Source: an uncultured Actinomycetes bacterium
GTDB taxonomy: Bacteria; Actinomycetota; Thermoleophilia; Gaiellales; Gaiellaceae
DNA length: 64,000 nt
Reading direction: 5' to 3'
Assembly (NCBI GenBank): GCA_963750595.1
Contig: CAVVRG010000007.1
Location: 84,182-148,181, forward strand
Below the pieces are notes generated by a model. The model ran no database searches. It was given only the letters and a program-made list of their open reading frames with translations, and had not been told where the DNA came from. This document shows positions 9,436 through 18,472 of the stretch, piece by piece. Numbering within the stretch: the stretch's first letter is position 1; each line of letters begins with the position of its first letter. A program made the translations under genes and the position numbers.

Positions 9436-10476
9436 TCAGGCGAGCTCGACGGCCGTCGGCGCCGCAGGCGCGACGGGCGTCGGCACCGAGCTCAGCGCGA
9501 GCTGGAGCACTTCGTCCGGCGTCGTCTCCGCGGTGACGACGAGGCGGTGCTTGAGCACGTACGGCGCCATCTCGCGGACGTCCTCGATCGTCACGAGCGA
9601 GCGTCCGTTCAGCCGCGCGTTGGCCTTCACGGCGTTGACGAGATGGATCATCGCCCGGGAGCTGACGCCGAGCTCGACGCCCGGGAGGTCGCGCGTACGC
9701 CGGCCGAGCGCGACGATGTAGCGCCCGACAGAGTCCGGGACCTCGGTGTGCTCGAGCTCCTGCCGCGCCTTGTCGAGGCCGACGACACCGAGCAGCGGCC
9801 GCACCTCGCCGAGCATGTCCGGCGCGATGCCCTTGTGGGGGAGGTTGAGCATCATGAGCTCGCTGTCGGCGTCCGCGTAGGTGAGCTCGATCTTGAACAG
9901 GAAGCGGTCGAGCTGGCCCTCCGGGAGCGGATACACGCCCTCGTGCTCGAACGGGTTCTGTGTCGCGATGACGAGGAAGGGGTCCGGGAGCTTGTGCGCC
10001 TTGCCGTCGACCGTGACCTGGCGCTCCTGCATCGGCTCGAACAGGGCAGCCTGGGTGCGCGGCATCGTGCGGTTGATCTCGTCCGCGAGGAGCACGTTCG
10101 TGAACACGGCGCCCGGCATGAACACGTGCTCGCCGGCGCGGATCGTGTTGACGCCGTTGAGCTCGCTCGGCGACGTGTCGGGCGTGAACTGGATGCGCTT
10201 GAAGGACGCGCCGAGCATGTGCGCGACGGCGCGCGCGATGAGCGTCTTCGCGCTGCCGGGAGGGCCTTCGATCAGCACGTGCCCGTGTGACACGGCGGCG
10301 ATGAGGAGCAGCTCGACGGTGCGGTCCTGGCCGATGACAACCTTTGAGACCTCACGCTTGGCCCGCTCTCGCAGGTCCGCGAGGTCGTCGTACTTCTCCT
10401 CCATCATCAGCGCCACAGGGATTGGTCCTTTCGCGGTAAGGGCTGGTTGTTCTTCCCGGTTCGTTCTCTTGGCCAT
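9436..10476 (-). CDS. MoxR-family AAA+ ATPase (CoxD-like), paralogue 2
   Basis: Collinear with 8324..9361: 'GPPGSAKTLIA', 'LLADEINR', 'IATQNPFEH'. Confidence 0.9.
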   Translation of the reverse strand: MAKRTNREEQPALTAKGPIPVALMMEEKYDDLADLRERAKREVSKVVIGQDRTVELLLIAAVSHGHVLIEGPPGSAKTLIARAVAHMLGASFKRIQFTPDTSPSELNGVNTIRAGEHVFMPGAVFTNVLLADEINRTMPRTQAALFEPMQERQVTVDGKAHKLPDPFLVIATQNPFEHEGVYPLPEGQLDRFLFKIELTYADADSELMMLNLPHKGIAPDMLGEVRPLLGVVGLDKARQELEHTEVPDSVGRYIVALGRRTRDLPGVELGVSSRAMIHLVNAVKANARLNGRSLVTIEDVREMAPYVLKHRLVVTAETTPDEVLQLALSSVPTPVAPAAPTAVELA

Positions 10477-10527
10477 CGCGGCCAGTGCGCTTATCGGCAG
10501 CTATCCTGCAAACCTGAAGACACATAC

Positions 10528-10892
10528 GGGGGCGACCAGGTCTCGACGTGGTCGGTTCTCCGGCAGAGCTGCGAGCCGAGGTCGCCGGTTGGCCTCGTAA
10601 ATCCACCGGCACCAAAGCAAGTGCGAACAAGAACGAACTCGCACTCGCCGCCTAGCACTAGCTAGGTAAGGCGACGCCGACCCGGATTCGGCCCGAGATC
10701 CGGGAGCCGGCGCCAACGATCGGGCTCGGCGCCGAGGGAGAGCCAATCGCCCGGAGCGCGACTCTTCAGGATGGCTGGCCCGTCGGTTGGTCGTCCGCGA
10801 ACCGGCCGCCGGGCGAGATCAAGCGCGGACTACGCTCGTAGATGCCCTGTTCGGTGCGGCCGCGGACGCGGGTTCGATTCCCGCCGCCTCCA
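10528..10892 (+). ncRNA. ssrA: tmRNA (SsrA), tag ORF 10617-10655 encoding ASANKNELALAA*
   Basis: The 5' GGGGGCG pairs with the 3' CGCCUCC, including the G3.U pair. T-arm is GACGCGGGTTCGATTCCCGC with discriminator A. The tag ends in the typical ALAA followed by TAG. Confidence 0.9.
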
Positions 10893-10995
10893 TGAAATCG
10901 CGATTAGCAGGGAAAACGTTCCGAGACGGGGGGAATGGATTCGGAAGGGTCATTCCCTGTCGTCGTCCGCGGCGAAGGTCTGAAGCTGGGACGAC

Positions 10996-11330
10996 TCCAA
11001 GCTGAACGTCCCAGTCGGTGTAGGTGTCAGCGGTCGTGCTGATCGACGCATGCCCAAGAAGCGCCTGAACAGCCTTCAGGTTGCCGGTGGCGTCCAAAAC
11101 ACAGTGCCCGGCGGTGTATGTAGCGGGTGCGGTGCATCTTCGCTCCGGAGGTCTGGCCTGAGGCGACGAGACCGGCGTTCCTGGCATCGGTACGACCAGT
11201 CGCGGGCACCGTGAGCACCCAGGTGAGGCTTCTCGGGGAATCGGTCGAGCCTCACCTGCCGCCGTCCATGCTCGCCCGGACGGCCGAACGGGACCGTCCT
11301 CTGGCCGCATGACCATGCCCACTGCCGCTG
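10996..11330 (-). pseudogene. tyrosine-recombinase (phage-type integrase) C-terminal remnant
   Basis: 'LDATGNLKAVQALLGHASISTTADTYTDW' sits in one frame, and an 'MHRTRY…'-like H-x-x-R box piece in another. No intact ORF. Lies immediately 3' of ssrA. Confidence 0.6.
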
Positions 11331-11434
11331 AGATAACTCATTCAGCGGTTCGAGTGTCGCCAGCTTCACCGTCCCGCGCGCGACTGCGCCGGGCTCAATC
11401 GGACGAAGCCGCGCATCCAGCTTCTAGTGTCGGA

Positions 11435-12043
11435 TCAGCTGGCGGCTCGTGCCGACCAGATCAGCAGATCGAAGATCCGCACCTCGGTGAGGTCGTGGCC
11501 TCGTCTCACGAGCTCCCGCCGAGTCGCGCGCAGCGCCCTGCGATTGAGGTCGAGGTCGCGTTTGTAGCCGCGAACAAGCGCGATCGCGCGTTCTCCGAAC
11601 TGAGCGTCTGCTCCGAGGTCATCGACGGCCAGGTACGTCTGGACGACGCTGTCGAGCATGGGGACGAGCGCGGGGCGCTTCGGATGAAGAGCCTTCGTCA
11701 TCTTCGAGAGACCGATCCCGCGGATGTCTGCGAACGCGTCGAAAAGTTGCCTCAATGGCTGCCAGGGCACCAGCCCTTCTGTCCCGGCCAGCGAGGCACC
11801 GGAAGCAAGCGCCTGCAGCGCGAGTTCGATCGCCCGGCGGCGCTCGAGGGTGGCCGCGATTTCAGCCGCCGAAATGCGAGCGCCTCCGCGGTTCGCCAAC
11901 CTCAAGTCAGACTCATCGAACGAGGACGAGGCATCGCCGGCCTCGAAGCGCCATGACTCGAGGTATCCCCTCACGACCTGCAGGGGATCGTGGATCTCGA
12001 TCTCGTCCCGGAGGCTGACTGGCGTGGTCGATCTCGTCTTCAC
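11435..12043 (-). CDS. hypothetical protein with helix-hairpin-helix-like 'IRGIGLSKMTKALHPKRPALVPMLD' motif (resembles the DUF6308 type)
   Basis: 202-aa ORF with balanced composition. The overlapping + strand ORF 11309..11956 is Arg/Ala-rich and looks spurious. Confidence 0.55.
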   Translation of the reverse strand: MKTRSTTPVSLRDEIEIHDPLQVVRGYLESWRFEAGDASSSFDESDLRLANRGGARISAAEIAATLERRRAIELALQALASGASLAGTEGLVPWQPLRQLFDAFADIRGIGLSKMTKALHPKRPALVPMLDSVVQTYLAVDDLGADAQFGERAIALVRGYKRDLDLNRRALRATRRELVRRGHDLTEVRIFDLLIWSARAAS

Positions 12044-12117
12044 ACAGGCAGGCTAGGCGGGCCCAGGGGCGTGCGCGGAGAGAAGTCGACCTCTCTCCGA
12101 GCGCGAACGTCCTCTTT

Positions 12118-12324
12118 GTGGGGGGATGGGCGAGTGGCGTCGTGAAAACCGACGACGGCGGCCGGAGCTGGTCGAAGCTGCGTCTCGACACGCGTGACGT
12201 TGGGATCATCGAGATCGCTCCCACACGTCCACAGACCGTCTACGCGGGTGGTGGCGACGGCCTCCGGAAGAGCATGGACGGCGGCGCGACATGGCAGCGC
12301 CTGCCGCTTCGCCCGTACCGGTAG
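12118..12324 (+). pseudogene. BNR/Asp-box repeat protein fragment
   Basis: Two Asp-box repeats ('TDDGGRSW' and 'SMDGGATW') in a 68-aa orphan ORF. Confidence 0.4.
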
Positions 12325-12617
12325 CGGGCCCCGAAGCAGGCCCCGACCCGACGAACTCGTCCGCGGGGGTGGGGTGCCGTCGTACCTTCCCATTCCGCGT
12401 GCGTGCGCGCGAGAGGCTGTGGCGGGCACGCGCGAGTGAGGGGTCCCCGACCAGGCCCGCGCCTCGCATCACGGTCGCGCGGGCGGGGGTACCCTCACAC
12501 CTCTTCTATTTCTATCCGCGTGCGCGCGCGTGCGGCGCGAGGTGTGAGCGCGGAGACTCGGCGAGGCGCGCATGGCTAACACCGTGGCCTCCCCGCGGAA
12601 ACGGACGTCGCGGCCTG

Positions 12618-13220
12618 TCACGACGTGGCGGCCGGGACGACCGCGCTCATCACGCAGTTGCCCTTGCCCTTGGAGCGCTCGTAGCTGAACCCGAGCCGCT
12701 CGTACATGGTCCGGGTGGCGTTGTAGAGGAACGATGCCGAGGTCTTCTTGCCCTCGGGCAGGTCGTGCGGGTACGCCTCGACGAGGCCGCCTCCCGCCGC
12801 GGCGATCAGCGCCAGCGCACCCCGTACTGCGACCGCGGCCATTCCCGCGCGCCGGTATCCGCGGTCCACGAACAGGCACGTGATCCGGTAGTCCGGCATC
12901 CGGGCGACGCCCTGCTCCCACTCCTTGCGGTGGTGGATGTTCGGTAGCTCTGGGACCGTCCCGAACTGGGCCCAGGCGACCGCGACATCACCGTCGAATA
13001 CCAGCGCCGCGTGCGCACGGCCGGTCTCGACGAGACGCCGCTTGAACTCAGGGTGGCCGAGCGCTCTGCGCTCCTCATCGGAATCCGGGTGGCGGTGGAA
13101 GTACGTGCACCAGCAACCGCCCCACACACCGTTGTGCCGCTCGGCCAGATCCGCGAACGCATCCCACGTCCGCATGCTCAGGGGTTCGATCCGGTAGCCG
13201 TCCACCATGAGGGTGCCCAT
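12618..13220 (-). CDS. GNAT-family N-acetyltransferase
   Basis: Acetyl-CoA-binding segment 'RITCLFVDRGYRRAGMAAVAVRGAL'. Start chosen at MGTLMVDGY. Confidence 0.8.
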   Translation of the reverse strand: MGTLMVDGYRIEPLSMRTWDAFADLAERHNGVWGGCWCTYFHRHPDSDEERRALGHPEFKRRLVETGRAHAALVFDGDVAVAWAQFGTVPELPNIHHRKEWEQGVARMPDYRITCLFVDRGYRRAGMAAVAVRGALALIAAAGGGLVEAYPHDLPEGKKTSASFLYNATRTMYERLGFSYERSKGKGNCVMSAVVPAATS

Positions 13221-13438
13221 GCGCAAACGGTATCGGCTGGTTGACACCCCCGCCGCGTGGGTATGTGAGGCGCGGCAGGTGTGTGTTCAGAGGCTTCTCG
13301 TGCCATCTGAGGGCAACATGTGCCCGCCGCTTACGGGCCGGTAGCATTTGAACCCCCGGCGCGTTTTGGTCGGGGTCTCGCTCTTTGGAGGGCTCGCGAC
13401 TCTCGAGATCTGTCGACAGCGCGACGCCTTCAGCTCGT

Positions 13439-13711
13439 TCACGCCGTAGACAGACCGTCCGGACCCCTGAACCGTCCCAGGTAGACGCGATAGAGCGTGG
13501 CCGTGTCGACCGTGACCTCGAGGTCGATGTCGAACCCGGGATGCTGCAGGCACACCGACACCTCCAAGGGCTCGAGCACCATCCAATAGCGCTTGACCGG
13601 ATTGCGAAAGTCGAACTTGAGCACAGTTCGGCCGGGGGGAAGCTCCTCGCGATGCACATTGCGGGCAATCCAGACGATCAAGAGGTCGGGGTCGAGCTCC
13701 GAGCACCCCAT
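13439..13711 (-). pseudogene. C-terminal fragment of a wHTH regulator with SCP2-like ligand domain (HTH part missing)
   Basis: 'LLIVWIARNVHREELPPGRTVLKFDF…RYWMVLEPLEVSVCLQHPGFDIDLEVTVDTATLYRVYLGR' matches the C-terminal half of such regulators. No N-terminal DNA-binding domain is present. Confidence 0.4.
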
Positions 13712-13813
13712 CGCTGCCAGCGGGCAACAAACCTACAAGGCTGACGTACGCCGGGGTGAAGAGGACCTGCGAGCATCGCCTCCACCGACGTCGCTGAGTC
13801 GACGCGCAACCCG

Positions 13814-15535
13814 ATGGGTTGCGCCATGCGAAGAAGGAGGCGGATGCTCGACTTGCGGAGACCGTTTCGCGCAGCGCTCTGCGTCGCCCTCGTCATCGGG
13901 GCGGCCGTGTCGCTCGCCTGGGCGCCCAACGCGCTGGCCCATGCGGAGCTCGAGTCGTCGACGCCGGCGAGTGAGGCGGTGCTTCGTCCTGCGCCGAGCC
14001 AGGTCGTGCTCCGCTTCAGCGAGCCGGTCGAGACCGCGTTCGCCTCCGTCCGGGTCTTCGACGGCAGCGCGCGGCGGGTCGACGACGGGAGGACGACCAG
14101 GCCGGACCCGGATGTCCTCGCCGTCGGCCTGCTGCCCGATCTGCCGCGCGGCACGTACACCGTCTCCTGGCACGTCGTGTCCGAGGACTCGCATCCGCTC
14201 AGCGGCGCGTTCGTCTTCCATGTCGGTGAGCCCGGCGTCGACGGTGCAGGTGTCGTCGATCAGGCGCTCGACGGCCGCGCGGGGTCGGGGGCGGTCGACA
14301 CCGCGTTCTGGCTCGTCCGCTTCCTGAGCTTGACGCTCCTCCTGCTCGGGGTCGGCGGCGCGATCGCCCTGGCGGTCGTGCTCACCGGCGAGGATCCGCG
14401 GGTCCGCAGGCCGCTGTGGGTCGTCCTCGCCCTCGCATCCGCGCTCCTGGCCCTCACCGCGCTCGCGGGCATCGGGCTCGAGGGCGCGAAAGCGACGGGG
14501 CTCGGACTCGACGCCGCCGTGAGGCCCTCGCTGGTACGCGACGTTCTCGACACGCGGTTCGGCGAGGTGTGGCTCGTACGGGCGGTGCTGGCCGCTCTCC
14601 TCGCGCTCGTCGCCGTGCTCGCCGCGAGGCGCTCCGCGGAGAGTCGCGTGCTCGGGTGGTCCGCGGTCGCCCTCGGCGCCGTCATCGCCGCGACGCCGGC
14701 GCTCTCGGGGCACGCGCGGGCCGACGGGGGCCTCGCGGTCGCGAGCGACTGGGCGCACGTGCTCGCCGGGGCGGCCTGGGCCGGAGGGCTGGCGTTCCTG
14801 CTCGTGGCGCTGTTGCGGGGCGGCGGCGAGCGATGGGGGATCGCCATGAGGAGCGTCCCGCGGTTCTCGGCGCTCGCCGTCGCAGCGATCGCGCTGCTGC
14901 TCGTCGCAGGCGTCGTCAACGGGCTCTACGAGGTCGGCTCGTGGAGCGGGCTCTGGGAGACGACGTACGGCCGTCTGCTCCTCGTCAAGGTCGCGCTCGT
15001 CGTGCCCATCCTCGGGCTGGGCCTGTTCAACAACCGCGTCTCGACGCCGAGGCTACGGGATGGCGTCACCTCGGCGCTCGAGCGGAGGCGGTTCCTCGTG
15101 TCGACCGGCGCCGAGCTCGTCATCGCGCTGGTGGTCGTAGGAGTGACGGCCGCCCTCGTCGCCGAGCCGCCCGCGAACGCGCAGCCCGCCGCTCAGGCGC
15201 GATCCGTCACCCGCGACGCCTTTGCCCACCCCTTCGCGGTCGAGGTCGTCGTCGACCCGGCCCGGACCGGCTCGAACGCGATCCACGTGCACCTCGTGAA
15301 CCACCTGACCGGCCGGCCGGCGAAGGCGGCCGAGGTCGGCGTGAGCGCCTCGCTGCCCGCGGCGGGGCTCGGGCCCACACGGCTCGAGACGGCGCCGGCC
15401 GGCCCCGGCGAGACCGTCGTGCCCGCGGCGAGGTTTCCGCTCGCCGGTCTCTGGACGCTCCGCCTCGACATCCGGGGAGGCCCGTCCGGCCGGAGCAGCA
15501 CCGAAGTCACCGTCCCCATCGCGGACGACACCTAG
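13814..15535 (+). CDS. copper-resistance CopC-CopD fusion protein (YcnJ-like)
   Basis: Signal peptide, CopC start 'HAELESSTPA…', then about 8 TM segments with the CopD-like 'SGHA' segment and a C-terminal extracytoplasmic domain. Confidence 0.85.
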   Translation: MGCAMRRRRRMLDLRRPFRAALCVALVIGAAVSLAWAPNALAHAELESSTPASEAVLRPAPSQVVLRFSEPVETAFASVRVFDGSARRVDDGRTTRPDPDVLAVGLLPDLPRGTYTVSWHVVSEDSHPLSGAFVFHVGEPGVDGAGVVDQALDGRAGSGAVDTAFWLVRFLSLTLLLLGVGGAIALAVVLTGEDPRVRRPLWVVLALASALLALTALAGIGLEGAKATGLGLDAAVRPSLVRDVLDTRFGEVWLVRAVLAALLALVAVLAARRSAESRVLGWSAVALGAVIAATPALSGHARADGGLAVASDWAHVLAGAAWAGGLAFLLVALLRGGGERWGIAMRSVPRFSALAVAAIALLLVAGVVNGLYEVGSWSGLWETTYGRLLLVKVALVVPILGLGLFNNRVSTPRLRDGVTSALERRRFLVSTGAELVIALVVVGVTAALVAEPPANAQPAAQARSVTRDAFAHPFAVEVVVDPARTGSNAIHVHLVNHLTGRPAKAAEVGVSASLPAAGLGPTRLETAPAGPGETVVPAARFPLAGLWTLRLDIRGGPSGRSSTEVTVPIADDT

Positions 15536-15568
15536 GAGACGCGGGCACATCTCTATGACCCGTGCGGG

Positions 15569-16148
15569 TCAGAGGAGGACGTGCTCGAGCACTGCGTCCA
15601 GGGGCCGCGGGACCCGGGAGAGGTCGAGCGCCTCGACGAGCAGGCGCCCGTAGCGGATCTTCCTGTTCGTCATGAAACCGCGGAGCTGCTGCTCGTGAGG
15701 CCGTCTTCCGATGCGCCTCCTGCTTCTGGTAGGTACGGAACGACCGGAGCTCGCCCTGCGCGGCGAGGACGCGCTCGACGGTCTCGGCGCCGAGCGCGCG
15801 GACCAGCTCGTCCTCGAGATCGGCGTCGCACACGTAGAAGCCGAGGCGCTCCATGTCTTCGCGCGTGAGGTCCGAGCCGAGCCCGGCGCGCTCGAGCGCC
15901 CGGCGGAAGGCGTGCTCCTCGCCCGCGTCGCACAGCCCTGCCAGCCGCACGCCCCGCTTCGCGCGCCCCAGCCGTCCGAGGAACGACCCGACCGCCTGCG
16001 CGCCGCCGATCGCCACGACGGAGACGCCCTCAGCGTCGAGGTTGTGCCGCCGCCGCTCCGCGAGCGCTTCGAGCGCCGCCTGGTCGCTCGGACCTTCCAC
16101 CAGCACGACGGCGCGTGGATCGGCGGGCAGATGGGACAGGTCGCGCAT
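15569..16148 (-). pseudogene. stand-alone TOPRIM (OLD-nuclease-type C-terminal) domain protein, one frameshift near 15715
   Basis: 'VVLVEGPSDQAALEAL…VVAIGGA…YVCDADLEDE' in one frame. The conserved tail 'GRRPHEQQLRGFMTNRKIRYGRLLVEALDLSRVPRPLDAVL' is in another frame (ORF 15569..16264). The junction is at the GGAAGA run. Confidence 0.7.
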
Positions 16149-16233
16149 GACGAGAGCGTAGGTGTGTAGAGGACGGCGGGGCCGAACGCTTGACGAGCGG
16201 GCGGCCGAGCGAGCACCCTAGACCTCAGCTGCC

Positions 16234-16866
16234 GTGCTCCGTCTTCTCGTCGTCCCGCTCGCACTCGTCGCCCTCCACGGATTCGACTCGGAGGCCAAGC
16301 CGTTGCCGGCGCCCCTCCGTGCGAGCCTCGCGGGCGGCTTCTGGCAGCCCGGATGCCCGGTGCCCATGTCCGATCTCCGTCTCCTGACGGTGACCCACTG
16401 GGGCTTCGACGGCCGCGCGCACACGGGCCAGCTCGTCGTGAACCGCGACGTCGCCGCGCCGCTCGCGAAGGTGTTCAGGCGGCTGTACCGGCTGCGCTTC
16501 CCGATCCGGCACATGGAGCTCGGCGATCTGTACGGGCCGAAGCGCGCACGCCCGGTGGACGGCGACGTCACCGGGTCGTTCCACTGCCGCCGCGCGGTCC
16601 CGTCCCCCTGCGGCAGCGGCAGCGGCAACTGGTCGAACCACGCGTACGGGCACGCTGTCGACCTGAACCCGAAGGAGAACCCCTACGTCGGGTGCGGCGC
16701 GGTCTACGACCCGCGGAGTCGGCCGTACGTCGACCGCACGCCGCTCCGCAAGGGCATGGTGACGCCGGAGGTCGTGCGGGCGTTCCGCTCGATCGGCTGG
16801 GGCTGGGGCGGCGACTGGACGGGCTCGACGAAGGACTACATGCACTTCTCCACGACCGGCCGCTGA
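16234..16866 (+). CDS. M15-family (VanY/D-Ala-D-Ala carboxypeptidase-like) metallopeptidase
   Basis: Zn ligand motifs 'HAYGHAVDLN' and 'DYMHFS'; hydrophobic N-terminus. Confidence 0.8.
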   Translation: MLRLLVVPLALVALHGFDSEAKPLPAPLRASLAGGFWQPGCPVPMSDLRLLTVTHWGFDGRAHTGQLVVNRDVAAPLAKVFRRLYRLRFPIRHMELGDLYGPKRARPVDGDVTGSFHCRRAVPSPCGSGSGNWSNHAYGHAVDLNPKENPYVGCGAVYDPRSRPYVDRTPLRKGMVTPEVVRAFRSIGWGWGGDWTGSTKDYMHFSTTGR

Positions 16867-16888
16867 GGCCGGAGGAGCGCAGCCGGGT

Positions 16889-18421
16889 TCAGCCGCCACG
16901 CTTGAGCAGCTCCGGGACGAGTGCGTCGGCGTCCGAGGCGACGGTGACGTGGATCGCGGCGGGCTCGCGGGCCCAGGCGATCAGCCCGCGGGCCGTCAGG
17001 TCGTCCAGCACGAACTGGAACGCCTGGGCCTGCGCGCCCGACTCGTACCGGCGCCTGACGTCGAACGCGTACCCGGTCGTGTGGAGCGAGTAGCGCTGGG
17101 CGGCCTCCGGGTTCGTCGCGCGGAGCAGGCTCTGGTACTCGTCGTCGCGCACCGCGCTCGTCACCTGCAGCGGTTGCGACGCGCCGCCGATCGCCTGCAC
17201 GCGAGAGCCGACGTAGACGAGCAGCGCGAGGGCCTCCTTGCGGAGCCCCCGGTAGAGATCGCGTGGCCGCCCGAGTTGTGACGCCAGCTCGCCCATGGAG
17301 GGATCGACCGTGAACCCGAGACGCTCGGGGTCCTCGGGCAGCGGCTGGAGCACGACGTCGTCCCAGGCTCGCTGGAGGTCGGCGCCGTCCGCGAAGCGGT
17401 CGGTCTCGGAGGGCGGGTGGAGCGCCTCCTCCGCGCTCGCCTTCGCGCCGTGCATCAGGTCGAGCTCCTGGAGGCGGTCGAAGTCGTCGCGGTACAGCCG
17501 CATGATCTCCGCCGCCGCGAGGACGCGCCAGTAGTACGTCGGTGAGTCGTCTCCCAGGCGCGAGAGGAGCCGATGCGCCGCCGCGTGCCAGTCGGGCGCA
17601 GTGTCGAAGAAGACGCGCGCCCACGAGAGGTCGTTCTCGTCCACCAGCTCCGGCACAGGCGTCTCCGTTCCCGAGCCCGTGTAGGCGCGGAGCACGTTCG
17701 TGAGGTTGCCGATGCCCATGTGGTACGAGACGACGGCCAGATCCTCCCGGCCGAGCCTCTCGAACGCCCTCGACAGGTAGCGGACGGTGCCGGCGAGGGC
17801 CTGCGCGGGATCGAAGCGGGCGTCGATCGCGCGCCGCTCCGCGCGGAGGCGCTCCGCCCGGGCGAGGTCCCCGCGGCGCTCCGCGCCCGCGATCCGGACC
17901 GTCAGCGCGCGGCTCCGGTCGAGGTCGACGGGCATCCCCAGGAAGCTCTGCGCGGTCTCGGCGAGGATCTGCGTGAGGCCCGAGGCGGCCTCGGGGTCGT
18001 CGCCTGCGATGACGTCGGGCCGGCCGCCGCTCTCGAGGAACACGATCGCCTCCAGGAGGTCCGCGTCGATCTCGGTGCCCTCGACGGCGGCTTCGACGAG
18101 CGGGCGGAACGCTTCCACCCGCCGCGCGGTCGCCAGCACGCCGCCGGGCGACCTCTCGTACAGCGGATGGCTCAGGCCGAACGCCGCCGTGCGCTCGAGC
18201 TCGTCCTCCTGGGACGGCTCGTAGGCGAGGACGTCGGTCGAGGGGAGCTGGTCGCGAGGGACGAGCAGCGCGTTGCCGCCGTCGTCGCCCGACGAGCGGA
18301 CGAGCACGGCGACCCCGACCGCCAGGGCGACGGCCACGAGGGCTCCGGCGAGGACGAGCAGGCGCCCCCGGTGGGAGCGCCGCTCGGACGGGGAGGGCCG
18401 ACGCCAGGGGAGGCTGCTCAT
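16889..18421 (-). CDS. membrane-anchored lytic transglycosylase (SLT domain) fused to a C-terminal M15/YcbK-like peptidase domain
   Basis: 'AIVFLESGGRPDV…ASGLTQIL' (SLT catalytic Glu-Ser) and 'SLHTTGYAFDV' near the C-terminus. Start at MSSLPWRR followed by a TM helix. Confidence 0.75.
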   Translation of the reverse strand: MSSLPWRRPSPSERRSHRGRLLVLAGALVAVALAVGVAVLVRSSGDDGGNALLVPRDQLPSTDVLAYEPSQEDELERTAAFGLSHPLYERSPGGVLATARRVEAFRPLVEAAVEGTEIDADLLEAIVFLESGGRPDVIAGDDPEAASGLTQILAETAQSFLGMPVDLDRSRALTVRIAGAERRGDLARAERLRAERRAIDARFDPAQALAGTVRYLSRAFERLGREDLAVVSYHMGIGNLTNVLRAYTGSGTETPVPELVDENDLSWARVFFDTAPDWHAAAHRLLSRLGDDSPTYYWRVLAAAEIMRLYRDDFDRLQELDLMHGAKASAEEALHPPSETDRFADGADLQRAWDDVVLQPLPEDPERLGFTVDPSMGELASQLGRPRDLYRGLRKEALALLVYVGSRVQAIGGASQPLQVTSAVRDDEYQSLLRATNPEAAQRYSLHTTGYAFDVRRRYESGAQAQAFQFVLDDLTARGLIAWAREPAAIHVTVASDADALVPELLKRGG

Positions 18422-18472
18422 CACGGGATGCTCGCACGCGCCCGCACTCCGCCGAACGGAGATGATTGCGTC

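Noticed and set aside
8324-10476. The tandem MoxR genes as a recent duplication artefact or assembly collapse.
   Set aside because: The two proteins are clearly diverged along their whole length, with different N-terminal extensions and many substitutions. They are true paralogues rather than a misassembled repeat.
11309-11956. 215-aa + strand ORF overlapping the 202-aa minus-strand ORF in the ssrA islet.
   Set aside because: Its composition is Arg/Ala/Ser/Pro-biased with no motif. The minus-strand ORF has a balanced composition and an HhH-like motif.
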